Positions 12,201 through 26,357 of a DNA stretch of 64,000 bases are shown piece after piece. How positions within the stretch are numbered: the stretch's first letter is position 1; every line of letters begins with the position of its first letter. The position numbers were made by a program, and so were the translations under genes. The stretch is from Podarcis gaigeae (Eukaryota), in assembly GCA_964106915.2 (NCBI GenBank), contig OZ066919.1, one strand, 5' to 3'. Below the pieces are notes generated by a model. That model worked only from the letters and a program-made list of their open reading frames with translations. It was not told the DNA's origin and made no database searches.

Positions 12201-15200
12201 GATTTGCAAAAGCCGCCAGAATGAAACAATGTGAGCGTGGGAAGTTGGGTTGAGGGAGCTTGTATACACGAACTTCTTGGCAGCTTAAATGACAGGCAGA
12301 GCCAAACTCCCTGGTAAAGATGTCTTGGGGGGGCTTGAACCAGAGATTGGGAGGAGGGTGGTCCATAGGTTCATCACAACCCTTTTGGTGAAGGCTGACG
12401 TAAGGCCCTGAGAGCTGTTGCAGTAGGTTCTTTTACCCACCTCTCTTGCAATCTGTACTACTAATATCAAATTGAACACAGAGTTTGATCTAGCAAAGTT
12501 GTCACGTTAGTGCAAGGACTTGTGCCCCACAATCTGTTCTGGGTTCTCCCCTCCCTTACTCTGTAGCAGATCATTAGGGGGATAAACAAGGAAAGGAGTT
12601 GGAAGAAATCCTGTTCGGATGGAAGTCCTTGTGCTAATGGGATGTCTTAGCTGGATACAACCATTTATTGGCCTGTAGGCCTAGCCCTTCCCAAATATCC
12701 CCTGGCTTGTATTTTTTTAAAAAATAAAATAAAATAATACACCAATAGTCATTCCATGCCTTACCAAAAAGCAAACATTCTTAAAAGTTGCAAAAGTACT
12801 TTAGAGCTTGTGAGGAAAGTATAGTTTGGCGCAAACCAAAAAGCATCCTTTTGCAGGCTGGCTTTCCTCCATGTGAAGCAGAGACATGCAAGAATCCTGC
12901 AAACCTAGTGTTTCCAGCTAGCTTTAGAGCACAAGAAAGGTTTACAGAATACGGTAGGTCTCAGTACCATCACACTGCCTTAGTCACTCTTTTGTTCCTG
13001 TCTTCACTTTTTGGTCATTTAACTGTATGCAAAGGGAAGGCCAGAGGCATACTTTCAGAAAAGGAGGAAGTGCCAGGTCTAGTCTTGCTTTTGAGCAACC
13101 TGCCATAGGTGGCACCATACGAGGGTAGATGAAGGGGAAAGATGGTGTAGCAGAACAGTGGAGTGTTAAGCAGTAAAATGTCTTTGGTGGTAGGAGTGTA
13201 TAGTCCTAGAAAACTCTTCAGAGACTCATTCTGAGCTAAGTACATACATACTGACTTGAGTGGAACCCTGCTGTGCAAGGGGTGGGGAACACCAGACGTA
13301 AAGGGCCAAATGCAGAGCTCTGTCTGGCTGTCAGGACTCTCTCCAGCCATAGCTTCTATTAGTTCTGCTTCATATTTCTCTTCAGTGTTTTAACCTGGCT
13401 GGAATATGTCCTTGAACTTTGATAATACCTCTTGTTGCCTGGATAGAGGGGAGTGTGGGAGTTCGTGTAGAAACCAGCCTACGTACTGGTAAAATGAATA
13501 TTCCTTGCTCTGCTCACCTTTGGCACATGGCCCCTGGAAAGTTCCCCAGAAAGGAATGTGGCCCTCAGGAATGCTCAGAAATAAATGAGGCTCCTTTTTG
13601 TGGTTCCAGTGACTTAAACCTTGTCTCCACACACTATAAAATGTTTAAGCATTATGCGAGTTGTTGGAATAAAATAATTGCCATCATGTCCACATGGTGA
13701 ACAGGAGACCCAATACAATAAGACTAATGCCAAGTTAAAACTACATAAAATCAGAATTAAATAGCCTGTTGGAATAAAGTCTCCAGTAAGAGTCAGGAGT
13801 TCAAGACTAAGAGAGTCTGTCTGACATCAACTGGAAGGGAATTCCACAATATTGGGCCAAGAATGCTGAACACAATTCCTAGTGGACCTGAGCCATACAG
13901 GACCACCATCGGTGATCCCTTGAAGACTTCAGTGATCAGGTGGCCCCTTGAAGTATCCTGGACTCAAGTTGTTAAGGAGCATGTAAATTATATGTTGGTG
14001 GAACTGTGGGAAGTTGCTGCTTATAAGTGGTCTGGCCCATAGTTTCAAGTAAACTACTTACAGATTTTAAAATATATTTAAAGCAGTCGATAACTGTATT
14101 AAATGAGTGGTTGCCCATGCTGTTGTTTGGATTTTTCTTAAAATCCATGGCCAATGGGTCTATGGCAGCTGCTTATTTCTCCTGTTCAGTGGCTCCCAGC
14201 TCAAGTGAAATTGTGTGTACTCCCAAGCATTCAGGTGAAAGCATTTTGGGAATTACAATGTTATTTTGCAATGTATGATGGTAATCTACTTTAAAGATTT
14301 TGTTTAATAAATAAAAATCTCAGTGAAACAAAAGTAATAATTGCATTGTTTACCTTTGTACTAAAGCACGTACTGTATGTTAGCTAGTTGGCATGCTATA
14401 TTTTGGACGGCAATTTAGTGCAGAGGAGTGTTACATAACAGTGGCCAAGTGTGTGAATAACCTTTATGCCCCACAATCATAACTAGAAGACGTTTAGCAC
14501 GCTACATTTGAGTATTAACTTGCTTTATTCTTTAGCCTGCCAAATATCCCACACATTGTCATTCATGTTGTTGATAATCATTGCAATAATTGATTGGTAA
14601 AGGGCAGGTAAGGAATTCTGCCTTTGAAAGAAGGCTGAAGTCATGGGTTTTGGGGTGTGTATGTGCAATGATACTCTTGTTAGAGCTTAGTTTTGTGTTT
14701 GGATTCTGACAATCTGTTTTACCACTTGGAAGGGAGACAGGCAGATCTGTGCAGCCAATTTGTTTTTCTACAACAAAATGATGCATATTTCCACTTGGTG
14801 AAAACTTGGTGGGTCATTCCACAGGCTTGAGGTTTCCCCATTCCTGTGATAGAGGTTCAGCAGCCACCCTGAAAATCATTTTGCAGCAGATGGTTAGATT
14901 AGAGACCAAAATCTAGAACCAACTGGCTTTCCTCCTCTCTCCTGCCTGCTTCGCTACCAAACCTCCCACCTAAGCTCATTAAATCCTTTCCCTTTCCAAA
15001 ACAATACCCCACATAAAAACTGTTCAATCTCAAGGCAATCTGATTCCTCCCCAGCTTCTTTCCCTTGACCCTTTCCCGTGTTTCTCTAGCAGAGTTCCCC
15101 TCTGTTTAGTATATACATTACCATATGTCAGCACTAACTATTCTGTACACTGTGGTTTAAACACACACACAAAACCACCCCTAAAGTCCTCCCACAGTGT

Positions 15201-15758
15201 CTCAACAGGAACCGCCACCACAACCCCCACCCTGCCCCATAACAATTCTGTCTTGCAACAGCTGCACTTGCAAACCACACCAACAATATTTCTCCCAATT
15301 GTCCCCATGGGGGAAGAGATCCCTCCTGTTCCAGCCCCTCCTACAGATAAACTCTGTTACCAGATCAACTTTGAGCATGTTGCTTAAGGAGTGCATGTTA
15401 GCAAAGTTAAATATATATATTTCTGGTTTAAATTAAAGTGTTGCTCTGAAGGCACGAGCTCTTCTATCAAATCTGCACAGCCAACATTTGGAGCGTTTGT
15501 ATTCAAGTCAGCAGGTCAGCCAAAAAAACCATTAGCTTACAAAATATCATTGGAAATGTAATTCAAACTGCATGTGATGTACTTTTGCTAAAGGCAAAAG
15601 AAACAAGCAACTACACACACACACACACACACAAAAACCATCCCTCCTGTTTTCAGTAGGTTCAAGTGAGAGATGTAGAAATGCAGCATTTACTATGGAA
15701 ATCTAAACAGTAAATGTACTGTGTTCAAAGAACAACTTGTAATATAGGGGAGGGGGAA

Positions 15759-15918
15759 AGGAAGCTGCCTTAGCCTGAGTCAGACCATAGCTCAGTATTG
15801 TCTACACGGGCCGGCAGAGGCTTTCAGGCAGGGAATCTTTCCCAGCCATACTTAGAGATACCAGGGATTGAACCTGGGACATGCAAAGCAGATGTTATAC
15901 CACTGAGCTATGGCCCTT
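15759..15918 (-). mobile_element. tRNA-derived SINE (Squam3-like), degenerate
   Basis: Reverse-complement similarity to the copy at 16222-16396 (A/B-box head, AAGGCAGCTTCC tail). Confidence 0.75.
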
Positions 15919-16221
15919 TCCCCAAAGCAACAGCCCTCGTTTCACCTAACATGTGATAAGCTTAAGTATCTAACTTGCTCTAAGAGATTCACCACACACT
16001 CTTAAGCAGAGAACGTAAGACGACTCCTGCTGCATAAAATCCAATATTCTGATTGCCACAATGGCCAAACTTGACTGTCTATTAATTTATATAATGCCAA
16101 AATGGTTTGTAAATACAGCATGGTCACATCTTGCATGTGGGTTTGAATCCAAGGGTTCAGTGTATATGCAAAAACAGGACAGCCAACCCCAGAAATCATG
16201 GGCTAGGGCGAGTCGTGTGAA

Positions 16222-16396
16222 GGGCTTGTAGCTCAGCGGCCGAGCATCTGCTTTGCATGCAGAAGGTCCCAGATTCAATGCCCAGGTGGAGGCTGGGAGA
16301 GACTCCCGCCTGAAACTCTGGAGAGCTCCTGCCAGTCAGTGGAAACCATACTGAGCTAGATGGACCAATGGCCTGGCTCAGTATAAGGCAGCTTCC
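16222..16396 (+). mobile_element. tRNA-derived SINE (Squam3-like)
   Basis: tRNA-like head TAGCTCAGCGG...TTTGCAT...GATTCAATGCC, body ending GCTAGATGGACCAATGG...TATAAGGCAGCTTCC. Confidence 0.8.
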
Positions 16397-19223
16397 CCTC
16401 TCTCCTGCCTTGTTTCTTGGAGTGTAAGAATAGACCTGTGAAACCAGATCAAAGGCCCCATCTAGCCCAGCATGCCATAGTCTTTTATAATGTACAGAAT
16501 CCCCACATTTTCTTTCTGAAATTCTGTTTTCATTCACCAATCCCCTTTTAGGACTTATGCGAATATTAGAAGCTCAACAAAATATAGCCATGAAAGACCG
16601 TGACCTTGTCCATGCACTTCAGACACTGGAAAACTCAGTATATTGCATAATTAAGACACCTGAGAAATAAAACTTTAAGGGCTTAAGAGAGAGTCCTTTT
16701 TTATTATGATTATTTATTGGGCTCCAGTGTAGGTTTAAAAAACAAAACAACTAATACTAATAATACTAGTAATATTCAACTTTATATTTCCAGAAACGTT
16801 TGTTATGTCAGTGACCATCCCTGCTGACAATATATTGGACTAGTCCATCTGTTTCTCTTCGTTGTATCTTTGTTATTGAAAATGTACATCTATATTAAAA
16901 AAGTTCAAGATTATGACTTCAAGGACATATGAATTCCCGATTCCAATAGTGCATACTGAACTTGTGCATTCTATGTTTGCAATTTTAAATTATGTTCTCC
17001 ATAGGACTTTTCAAAATCTAAGCAGAGTCAATGTAATTTTATCACAGCTGAATACAACTTTGTTATTAATATGCTCAGGGGTCTGTCCGTAGACTCCACT
17101 GCTAGCATAAGCCCTGTTCCTTATTGTAAGGTTTGTCACAATGCTTACAATGTAAGGATTGGGTTACTTATATTATGTATCTTGAGAAAAATTGTGTTTC
17201 TGACTTCAGCACATCAAAACATTTTCCGAAATCAAGTTGTCAAGAAGCATTGCACTATTTTTCATCTGTTAAAAAGCTTAGGAGCCTGGCTAAAGAATTC
17301 CCGACTGTAAACTTGTCCTTGGTCTAGTGGATATTCCAATTATCATCATATCGTACTGCTGCAGCTAACTTTTCATAGAAGTGGTGTATGTATACCTGTC
17401 TATCTGGAGCAGGGATGGGGAATCATTTTGCCACAACAGCTAAATCCTTATCAGGATCTGCCTTGTGGGCCAGAATTGACAGGTGGGCAGGGCCTGTACA
17501 CTTGGAGTATCCCAACTGTCGAGCCTCTAAGCTATCAGTTTAAAAGGCTCCAGTTAAGGATAGCCCACTGGACCCTGAATCCTACCAAAATCTGGAGAAA
17601 TACACGGTCACCTTGAAGGTGGCTAAAGACACAAACAGACTTTCCTCCAGATGAAGGAAATGCCCACTGCCCATATCTAAAATGCACTCTGGTGAATTTT
17701 AGAATCAAAGTAAACGAAATGGTATAGAGGTTAGTTATGTTGTCTTCTCATAACACTGTAGTTGTATAAGATCCCATGTGAAGTCCTTCATTGTTCTTGG
17801 AAAAAGCAGCATGGATCCTGAAAAATATTCCACTCTTTTAATGAAAAACCCACACATAATACGTTGTAGGGTCACTTGGAAGCTCTTGAGCTCCAGTTGA
17901 AATTAAAACCACTTGTAATGGCTAGGTAAATAGAGATTGCTGTGAATCAACCGCAGATGCAGGTGAGTTGATACATAGGCAATCAGCGTTGGTAGAAAAC
18001 CCTCTGGGGCGGAAGGGGCTTTTGTTCATGGCAATTGCCCCCCAGAAAGCCATCTGAATTCTCAGCACAGCTTCTGAAGTTGGGAAAAATTATTAGTATA
18101 CATGTAAATGAGATCCACAGAAGCTCCAGATTTCTCTTGCCAGAAGAGCCTCCACTGTCGTCTCGATGCTTTCCATGTGTTTGCTTTCAACAAAACTAAG
18201 AAGTGAATGTTCTCTGGGGAGATTCACAACCTAAATCTTCAGTTAAGAGAGATGCCTGCTCAGTAGTTTGAGATCCAAGGAAAAACAAGTTTACCAACAA
18301 GTGTGGCCAATGACTTTCCTGAATGCCTTGGAATCAGCCAGTTATCTGTGGCATAAGCTTCTCTAGTAAGGTAAGAATTTTTCAGACTTCTGTGGATGGG
18401 ATATTGCCATCCCCGTAGCACCTGTGCTCCCTTGCGCTCCTTACATTTAAGCTGCTTCTTAAAAAGAGACTATTCGAAGGGTTAGAGGCTTACCCAGACG
18501 TTTAGAAAATCTTGAGTTCTAATTTGTTTTAGTAAATTCTATAGTGGTTTTGAATTTTTGTATGTTTTATGGTTGTAATTTTTTAGTGATAATTTTATTG
18601 TTTTAGCTTTTTTGCAAACTACTTCGAGGTTTTTTTCTACAATCAAGTAGTATATAAATTTTAGGAAATTAAAATTATATTTCTTTTCATTAGATAATAG
18701 AAAAAGAAGCATCCTCTTGTCATATATACTATTCCCCCCCCCCAACATTTATTTATTGAATTGCTAAAATAAAGGCAGGGAGAAAAGCACAGAATAAGTT
18801 TGCATCCATCATCAAGTGCAAGCCTTAGTTAGGTTACATAAACTAAATGGAGAACAAAGCCCTACTGATGTGCGTTTTCTAGGAGTTCCTTAGGTCATGA
18901 AGTGAAAACACAGATAAAATGAGGCACAACCAGTTAAGGCTGAAGCTTCATGAGATTTGAGAAGGGATAAACTAATCTTGTATCTACTGTGGTAGCCACA
19001 GAGCCATTCTTTAAGGGAACTCCTGAGATTCATGAGGTAATTTTATTTCTTGTAATAATTCTTAAGAACTGTTGATGTTTAGAAGCACTAATTCAGGATC
19101 TCTGCTGATGCCTTTGGTAATGCTCCTTTATATAAATATTACAGGCTCAGCCCCTAAGAAAATCCTTTTAAAATCCTCATGAACTCCTGAGGTAACAGCA
19201 GCAGCAGTAGCAGCAGCTGTGGT

Positions 19224-19263
19224 CTCGTCAGGGCTTTGGGGACCTCGTCAGGGCTTTGGGGAC
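19224..19263. repeat. Exact 20-bp tandem duplication
   Basis: CTCGTCAGGGCTTTGGGGAC twice. Confidence 0.95.
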
Positions 19264-22200
19264 AGAAGAAACTCCATAATGAGGAACATTCTGATCCTGC
19301 TATCCTATTGGCTTCAGAAAAAAAGAGCGGGAAAATCCCCAGTGACAGAAGGATTCCTATGCCTCTGTCCCAGGCAGCTTACCTGTCTGTCTGATTCTGA
19401 AGGGAATATGTCTGAAGGACAGGGAAAGCGGGTGGGGGTTGGGAATGAAAGAAAAATAAAATTGGGAAGCCCAACTTGGTCAAGGTTTAAGAGCATGACC
19501 AAAGACTCTGCCTATCAGTTCACAGGCCGAGTCTGTCATGGAGGTTGGTGGGTGATAACTCCTTGGTTTCCAGTAAGAGGTGCCATCCCAAAGGTATTCC
19601 ATGACCTCTGGGAGCCCCTAGTGAGCTTTCCTGATGCTGCCTTTCCATTCCAGTGGTTGTTCCCTGCTCCCTTTTCTTTCAATCATAGCAATAATCACAC
19701 AAAGAACAGAAAAGAGTTTCAGGCAGCAAAATGAAAATAGATCACTCTCCCATCCCAGCCAAACCAACAGAAACGAGACCTTCGGATAGGATGACATGAA
19801 AATTGAACTGAGGGAGGAAATTGATTTGGTCAGACGTGTAGCAAATGATGGCAACCAGAAACATTGTGGCCCAGGGAAGAAAACAATCCTTCCCTTTCCT
19901 CTCCTTACATCCCCTGAAAGCAACACATCTGTCAGCTCTGGGGGAAACATGCATTTATAGAGCCGTTTTCTACAATAAACCAGCAATGAATGTACAAGTG
20001 GCACGTGGTGGAGTTCATGGCAAGGCAAAAAGAGAATGTGCTGCATGTGTCTCTTTTAACAGTGATTTACTAGTGAAAAATTCCCAGGTATGACAGGCTG
20101 CATTTCCTTTTGCCCAGCTATTGAACAAAAGACAAAAGGGTTGCACTCAGGGAAAACAAGCTGAGTTGCAGCCGTAAGCAACTTGTACTGCAGGGAGGGG
20201 GGAGACTGGTCTTCCAGACACGGTTGCAATTCAGCTCCCATCAGCCCCTGCTAGTGTGTCCAGTGGTCAGGGGTTTTGAGAATAGCAAGGCACTGTGGTA
20301 TTTTTCTTGAAAAAGAGGTGCCGGAACTCACCATGAACACTTCCCTTGTTCTCTTAGAATAGGAATTGCCAGACCCAGTTTTGTTTGTGTCAGTGTGTGC
20401 TGGTCTAATTTATTCCCATTTGATATGATACTACCTAACAGTGAATGAACTGTTTCTGCCTTCTCTGCCACTAACCTATCTCAAGACTGAGCAGGCTATA
20501 TTTCTCCTCCCTTGAACTGGGCATGCTGTTGCCTAGACTTCCCTTTGGTCTTTCTCTTTAGGCATTGTCAATCTTTTTGGATTTATTTTCACACGAGAGA
20601 AGCACTTGTGGGCAACCCCCCCCCCCTCAATCTCTTCTGTTGGCTACTGCAGGGTGCTTCTTTCAAGCCTAATTTCGGTGGAGAGAGGTGCAAGGAAAGA
20701 ACCCACAATGTATTGACACCCTCTGCTTAGATCTTCCCAGTATTATCAACTCTTCTAACTTGCTAAAAAATTATGACATCCCTCTGCTGTCCCAGACTCA
20801 TCCCCTTCAAATATGCCCAATGTATTTTTCCTGTGTGCAGAAAAATTGCTACTAGTGCATGTATATCCTCACAGATACTATTCCCGTCTTCCTTCCATAT
20901 CTCAGTTGTTGCCCTTTCCTCAAGGGATACAGACTTCTGCTTGGAGTAATATTCCTCACCCCCACCCCCTGTGGGGGAGAGCGGATAATTCAGCTTGACC
21001 TGTGCTTAAAAACAGGAGAACCAACTGCAGGAGGAACATGACACCAAGTTTAGAGACCATGACATCTATGATGCAGACACAGAATAAGAGAGAGAATGAG
21101 CCCTGGTTTTAAAATTCATCTGGAGATGGATTAAGATTTCTGTGGCATCCAGCCAACTGTAGATTTAAATGTAATTTGAAAGTTAAGAAAACTATGAGCT
21201 ACATAAAACACATCAATCACAGAGTGTCCGTTTATGAGCATGCCTTAAAGAGGAGAAAGAAAGCAGGTTTGCAATAAGTTATGTCTCGCAACTGAGCAGA
21301 GACACAATAATCAATAACTGCAGTCCATTCTCAGAGGTAGCATGTGACGCAAGAAAATGCTGGAGTAGTTTAAGAAATCCAGATTTAATTAAAAACAACT
21401 CTGTGCATACGGAGTGAACATGAAAGGTCTTGGACTTTCAGCAACCCTTTTACTTTTAGATTACAAATGCATTCTTTGACTTAGTCCGAGATGATGAATT
21501 TAGCGGTGATGGATTATATATTGTTGTTCAATTATATGTTAATAATTATTACAGTGTTCTGAAGTTTTCCAGGTGTGTTGCAGGATAAAGAAATGATTTC
21601 TCTACTTTCAAAAAAAGTACACCTAGTTAAGAATTTCCAAGCAAATAGCAATGCATGTGATATTTCTTTAATACTATTTATTTCATCTGTTTCTGAGTAA
21701 AGATCATGGCATATGAAAGAATCTCAGCACCATCTACTTTCTTCCCGCTTGAACATGAACAGGTCTCAACAACCTGTTGACATTTAAACATTTAAAAAAA
21801 TGTTTTCAAAACAGAAATATCCTGCAACTCTCCAGTGAAAACAAGGCCCATTACTTTCCTTAGAATGATCCTTGGATCACTTTCTAGTAATTTCAGTGTC
21901 TTTTTTCAGTACTATAATTAACACTGAATTATGCAGTGCTGAGGTCCGATGTTGCAATACAGAATGGGTTGGGGTTAAAGGAAAAGGTGGAAGCGGTTGC
22001 TACATTTGAACAAGCCACTGATTGAAATTTATTTTATTTATTAAATTTGTCAGTTGTTTTATCTTGGCCAGGGTAACCCAAAGCAACTTATAACCAAACA
22101 AATAGACATTAGATCCCACTTAGTTGTTTTGAAAACATCCCACCCACTTCTAAAAAAGGCCAAAGACTTGGTTATACTGCAAAGCTTTTGCCTGGCCCCT

Positions 22201-22269
22201 AAAGACATATAGATACATCCTTGTCACTAGATTCCCAAGAGTCCCCTGTGGCTAGGAGTACATTTTATC

Positions 22270-22270
<1 letters not shown>

Positions 22271-22311
<41 letters not shown>

Positions 22312-22710
22312 TATTTATTATTTATACCCCGCCCATCTGGCTGGGCATCCCCAGCCACTCTGGGCGGCTTCCATAGAAACCAAAAATACAGTAAAATATC
22401 ACACGTTAAAAACTTCCCTGAACAGGGCTGCCTTAAGATGTCTTCTGAATGTCAGGTAGTTATTTATCGCTTTGACATCTGATGGGAGGGCGTTCCACAG
22501 GGCGGGCGCCACTACCAAGAAGGCCCTCTGCCTGGTTCCCTGTAGCTTTGCTTCTCGCAATGAGGGAACCGCCAGAAGGCCCTCGGCGCTGGACCTCAGC
22601 GTCCGGGCAGAATGATGGGGGTGGAGACGCTCCTTCAGGTATACTGGACTGAGGCCGTTTAGGGCTTTAAAGGTCAGCACCAACACTTTGAATTGTGCTC
22701 TGAAACGTAC
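22271..22710 (-). mobile_element. 5'-truncated L2-type LINE (ORF2 C-terminus, 3'UTR, (AAT)n tract at tail)
   Basis: VRFRAQFKVLVLTFKALNGL..YL..LRS..RAF..AP.LWNALP..F..LK..LF pattern of L2 ORF2; (AAT)n at 22271-22310. Confidence 0.88.
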
Positions 22711-23413
22711 TATTGGGTTCACTGAGCACTGTAGCCCATGTGTTGGTAACCTCAAGGTACCTCAGTGTGGTCTACGTGAGGCTGCCATTACAGTTAGAAA
22801 TAATTGTGCAGAAGTATCTAATTACACCTATAATCTCTCTGGCCACAGCCTAATGCAGAGCACATATTATATAACAGATTGTGTTGCTCAATTGACAGTG
22901 AACCCGCCACTCCTCAAGTTGTTTGCGTGACTAGAGGAAGATTTGAAGCTCAGCTAAGTGTTAAAATATTTTAGTTACTGTGTGCAAGTCACTCCTTATG
23001 GGCCCGTTTCCTCTATAAAAGCAAATTTTGAGGGGAGGGGGAATAGGAAAAATGGCAAGGAGACTTCAAGTTTGTTAACATTGGCATAAGCCTGTTTTAC
23101 TTTTAAATTATCCACAGCATTAGAAAAACCCTGCCTATCCTACCCTTTTCACAGCTGCTGCTTACCTGGCTCACATTTTCACTGAGCTATCCACTATAAC
23201 CGCAAGGTTTTGTTCCTGGTTATTCACTGCTAGTTTGGACCGCATTAATGTATATGTGAAATTAGGAATGTTTTGCCCTAATACTTGCTTATACTTTTGA
23301 GTACATGAATATCAAAATCTATCCTTCTGTGCTTCAGTGAAGTGATGAGAATGGGGTTATGCACAACAGTAACACAATGAGAACCCTTTCAAAATTATGG
23401 TACACAAAAATAG

Positions 23414-23595
23414 AGGAAGCTGCCTTATACAGAGTCAGGTCATTGGTCTATGTAGTTCAGGATCATCTACGTTGACTGGCAGCAGCTTTCTACACTTTTT
23501 GAATCAGGGTTCTCTCCCAGGTCTACCTAAAGATGTCAGGGATTGAACCCGGCAATCTACTACTTTTGCCTGCTCTACTACTAAGCTATGACTCT
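23414..23595 (-). mobile_element. tRNA-derived SINE (Squam3-like), degenerate
   Basis: Same tail (GGAAGCTGCCTTATAC on +) and B-box remnant as the two copies near 16 kb. Confidence 0.7.
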
Positions 23596-23648
23596 TCGCC
23601 ACCTAAGAAGGAACAAAAACAGAAAGGTGCTTTTTCTTTATCTAAATC

Positions 23649-23654
23649 TTTATT
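23649..23654 (-). terminator. Candidate polyadenylation signal of the distal SLC44A5 isoform (implies about 2.6 kb 3'UTR)
   Basis: AATAAA on - (TTTATT on +) followed on - by a U/GU-rich tract (cctttctgtttttgttcc). Confidence 0.5.
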
Positions 23655-26250
23655 AGAACCTCAAGAGCTGTAAAACAATAAGGAACATCAAATTGTGTTA
23701 AATATTAAACATTTTAGTTCTGAAAAGATATTTTCAACAATATGTCCCTAATATTTCTGCACAGCAGAAGCAAAAAGATTTTAGAGCTCAGGTGGCCGTG
23801 TGCTCATGTTAATTTGGTTCGGGCACAAAAAACAAAAAAGGGGAAAAAACAGACAGTCTCTAAAATCACATTTAAAGTAGAAATGTGATCACAGGGGAAA
23901 CTGACAACAAGGTCTTTCATTTGCCACCATGCAATTTATGAATACATATTTCTGATGCTGATAGGCCCTTTTTTTTTTACAAACAAACAGACTGCATGAA
24001 TGATCAATATTAGTACCATTAGCCATACATTTCAAAAACTGAAGAAGCCATTATGTTCTTAAGTTTTAATACTGTGAAGTGCAAATTACCAACATTTTAC
24101 AAGGGAAGCAATAATTCAGTATCAAAAGTTATAAAATTAAGAGTCGTTTTATAAAATAACATCTTAGCAAGAGTCTAAAAACAAAGCATCCATTTCACAC
24201 TAGTCAACAAAGCAATAAACACTTTACACAAGTGTAGTATGCATCTTTTCATTCCCATTTCTTCTAATTTAAATAGGGGTGTAGTTCTTTAAAGAATTGA
24301 CACAGGTGTGTGGTACAGCCCTGACTAGCTAACCACCTTCTATGAAGGTGCGAGTCCCTGTAAGAAAAGCTCTAAAAATTAAACCCTGGTCCCATTTCTT
24401 TTACTTTGATAAAGCCAATTTTATATCTGGTCCAGTATTTAAACTCTCCGACTGTAGACACACTTACTTGAAATCAATGGAACTTACAGACAAGCAAATG
24501 CATTTAAGACTGGGGTGTTGTGAAGCTGCAGTCCTGAAAGCTTTCTCCCCTCCTTTAGTGTTGAGGGTGTTACGGAAGTGACTAATTTGGACAAAGAATT
24601 TCAATATTTACACCCTAAGTTTTCTGCTCTCTCCCCTTGGGCCTAAGATACACAAGCACTTTTTGCACCATAGCTATGGTTGGCATGCCACTGTTATCTC
24701 CTGTTAGGAGGGCTTATATGCTACAGTTGTCATTAACTGTAGCTATTATTGTGAGGAGGGGGGAGGCATTTCCATGCCCAAAGGGACATACTACCACATC
24801 TTAAGAAGCAGCTCTGTCAGGACTTACGCCACTGACAGCATAATGTTAATTGTGAAAACTGCAGAGTGGTTATTTCACCACCACTAGAATCAGAAAAGAA
24901 ATATTCTGCAAACACAAGGCCAGCAAGAAGAAGAAGAAGAAAATTAATTCCCGATTAACTCTAGGAATAGGTAAACCTACACCAGGTACTTAGGGTTGCT
25001 CTGCATCAGAGTTTGGCAGCTTTTCAGGTATCTCTGGAGTTGTGTTTTTAACAGCAGCTCAATATGCAGGAATTAACAGCTGAAGCATTTAATAGTATGG
25101 AGAGAGAGAAATTATCATCTGATCATTCCAACAAGCCACAGCCAGGCCGCTGTTAAAAAGGCACAGGTACAAAGGACAGTTGGCAACCCTATTCTCAAAC
25201 ATTTTTAAACTGGGAGAGTGGGAAGTTCTGGGGGAGGGGGTCCCACATTGTTCAAAATGTTGCATATGTTTCCTACATGGGGACCACATCACCTGTCGAA
25301 GCTGAAGGTTAGCACAGGCTGAGTATGAGGAATGGATGCATGGAACTAGTGCACCAGGGTCCCATGCACCAAACATATACATGGATAGTTCCTCTAAAAA
25401 GAGAGTTCTGTAAGCTAGGCCTTGCTTAAAGGTTTCTTGCAGCATACATTCGACACAGATAAAGCTAAGCATTGGAAACCCAAATGTCCCTAAGCAATTC
25501 TCTAAAAGATACCACTCTCTACTGTTATTTTTTTTTTGGAGATGATAGTAGGAAAATGTAGATACTGCAAATATTTCACACAGGGGCAAAGGAACAGATT
25601 CGTATCAATACATTTCAAGTAAGCTGAAAGACAGTTTTGTTTATTTTGTCAAGCAGTTAGTAGCTCTGTGTTTCAAATGGCGCTTGTAAACTTCAAAACA
25701 TAAGCTAGTTAATATTATTAGCCAGTAAGGCACTTTGTCATAGAGCACACAGCTGTACAGGCTAGGAGACTGGCAAGGCTCTAAATGCAATCAAGAGACA
25801 TTGACGTATTCCATGACCACCTAAATGGAAAAGGACCTTTTCACTTTTTAAGAAATCTCTTCACTCGCTCAGAGCAAAATCCGCAACAGTAAAACATATT
25901 TTCACATATTTTCTTTTTAAAAAAACAAAACAGAAAAAGCAGCCAGACATTTTAACAATCTTTCATTTCAAATACCCAAGCCACAAGAATTAAAGGCAAA
26001 ATGGGGGTGGGGGGGAGAGAATAAAAATTTTTAAAATCTCAGTATAAAAAAATGCTCCCATGGTTTTTGTTGTTGGATTTAAAAACAAACCACACACACA
26101 CACAATGCCATTACAAACTTTTGATGGCTTCACATCTACAATAGCTTTGGTATAAAACATGCGCAAATGATAGCTGACAATCAATACCATATCGAAGAAA
26201 CAATGCATCAAACGAAACATGATTGCGTGGTTTAGGACACTGGGCATTTC

Positions 26251-26357
26251 CTATTGTCTCTTGGTTTGCGTGTTCTGCTTGTTCAGAATCTTCAGCAGAG
26301 ATTTACTCATGTAATAAGGTCTTTCAGCAGAGCCATCATGACTTTCTAAATCTTCCA
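26251..26357 (-). CDS. SLC44A5: SLC44A5 distal alternative last coding exon
   Basis: tcctag|TG...TAG; LEDLESHDGSAERPYYMSKSLLKILNKQNTQTKRQ*; in phase with the penultimate exon. Confidence 0.9.

Noticed and set aside
16222-16290. tRNA-Ala-like gene
   Set aside because: Cloverleaf is imperfect and runs into a SINE body that recurs elsewhere in the window.
26251-26357. Separate paralog or pseudogene fragment
   Set aside because: Correct acceptor, phase, strand and position for an alternative last exon; no other duplicated exons seen.
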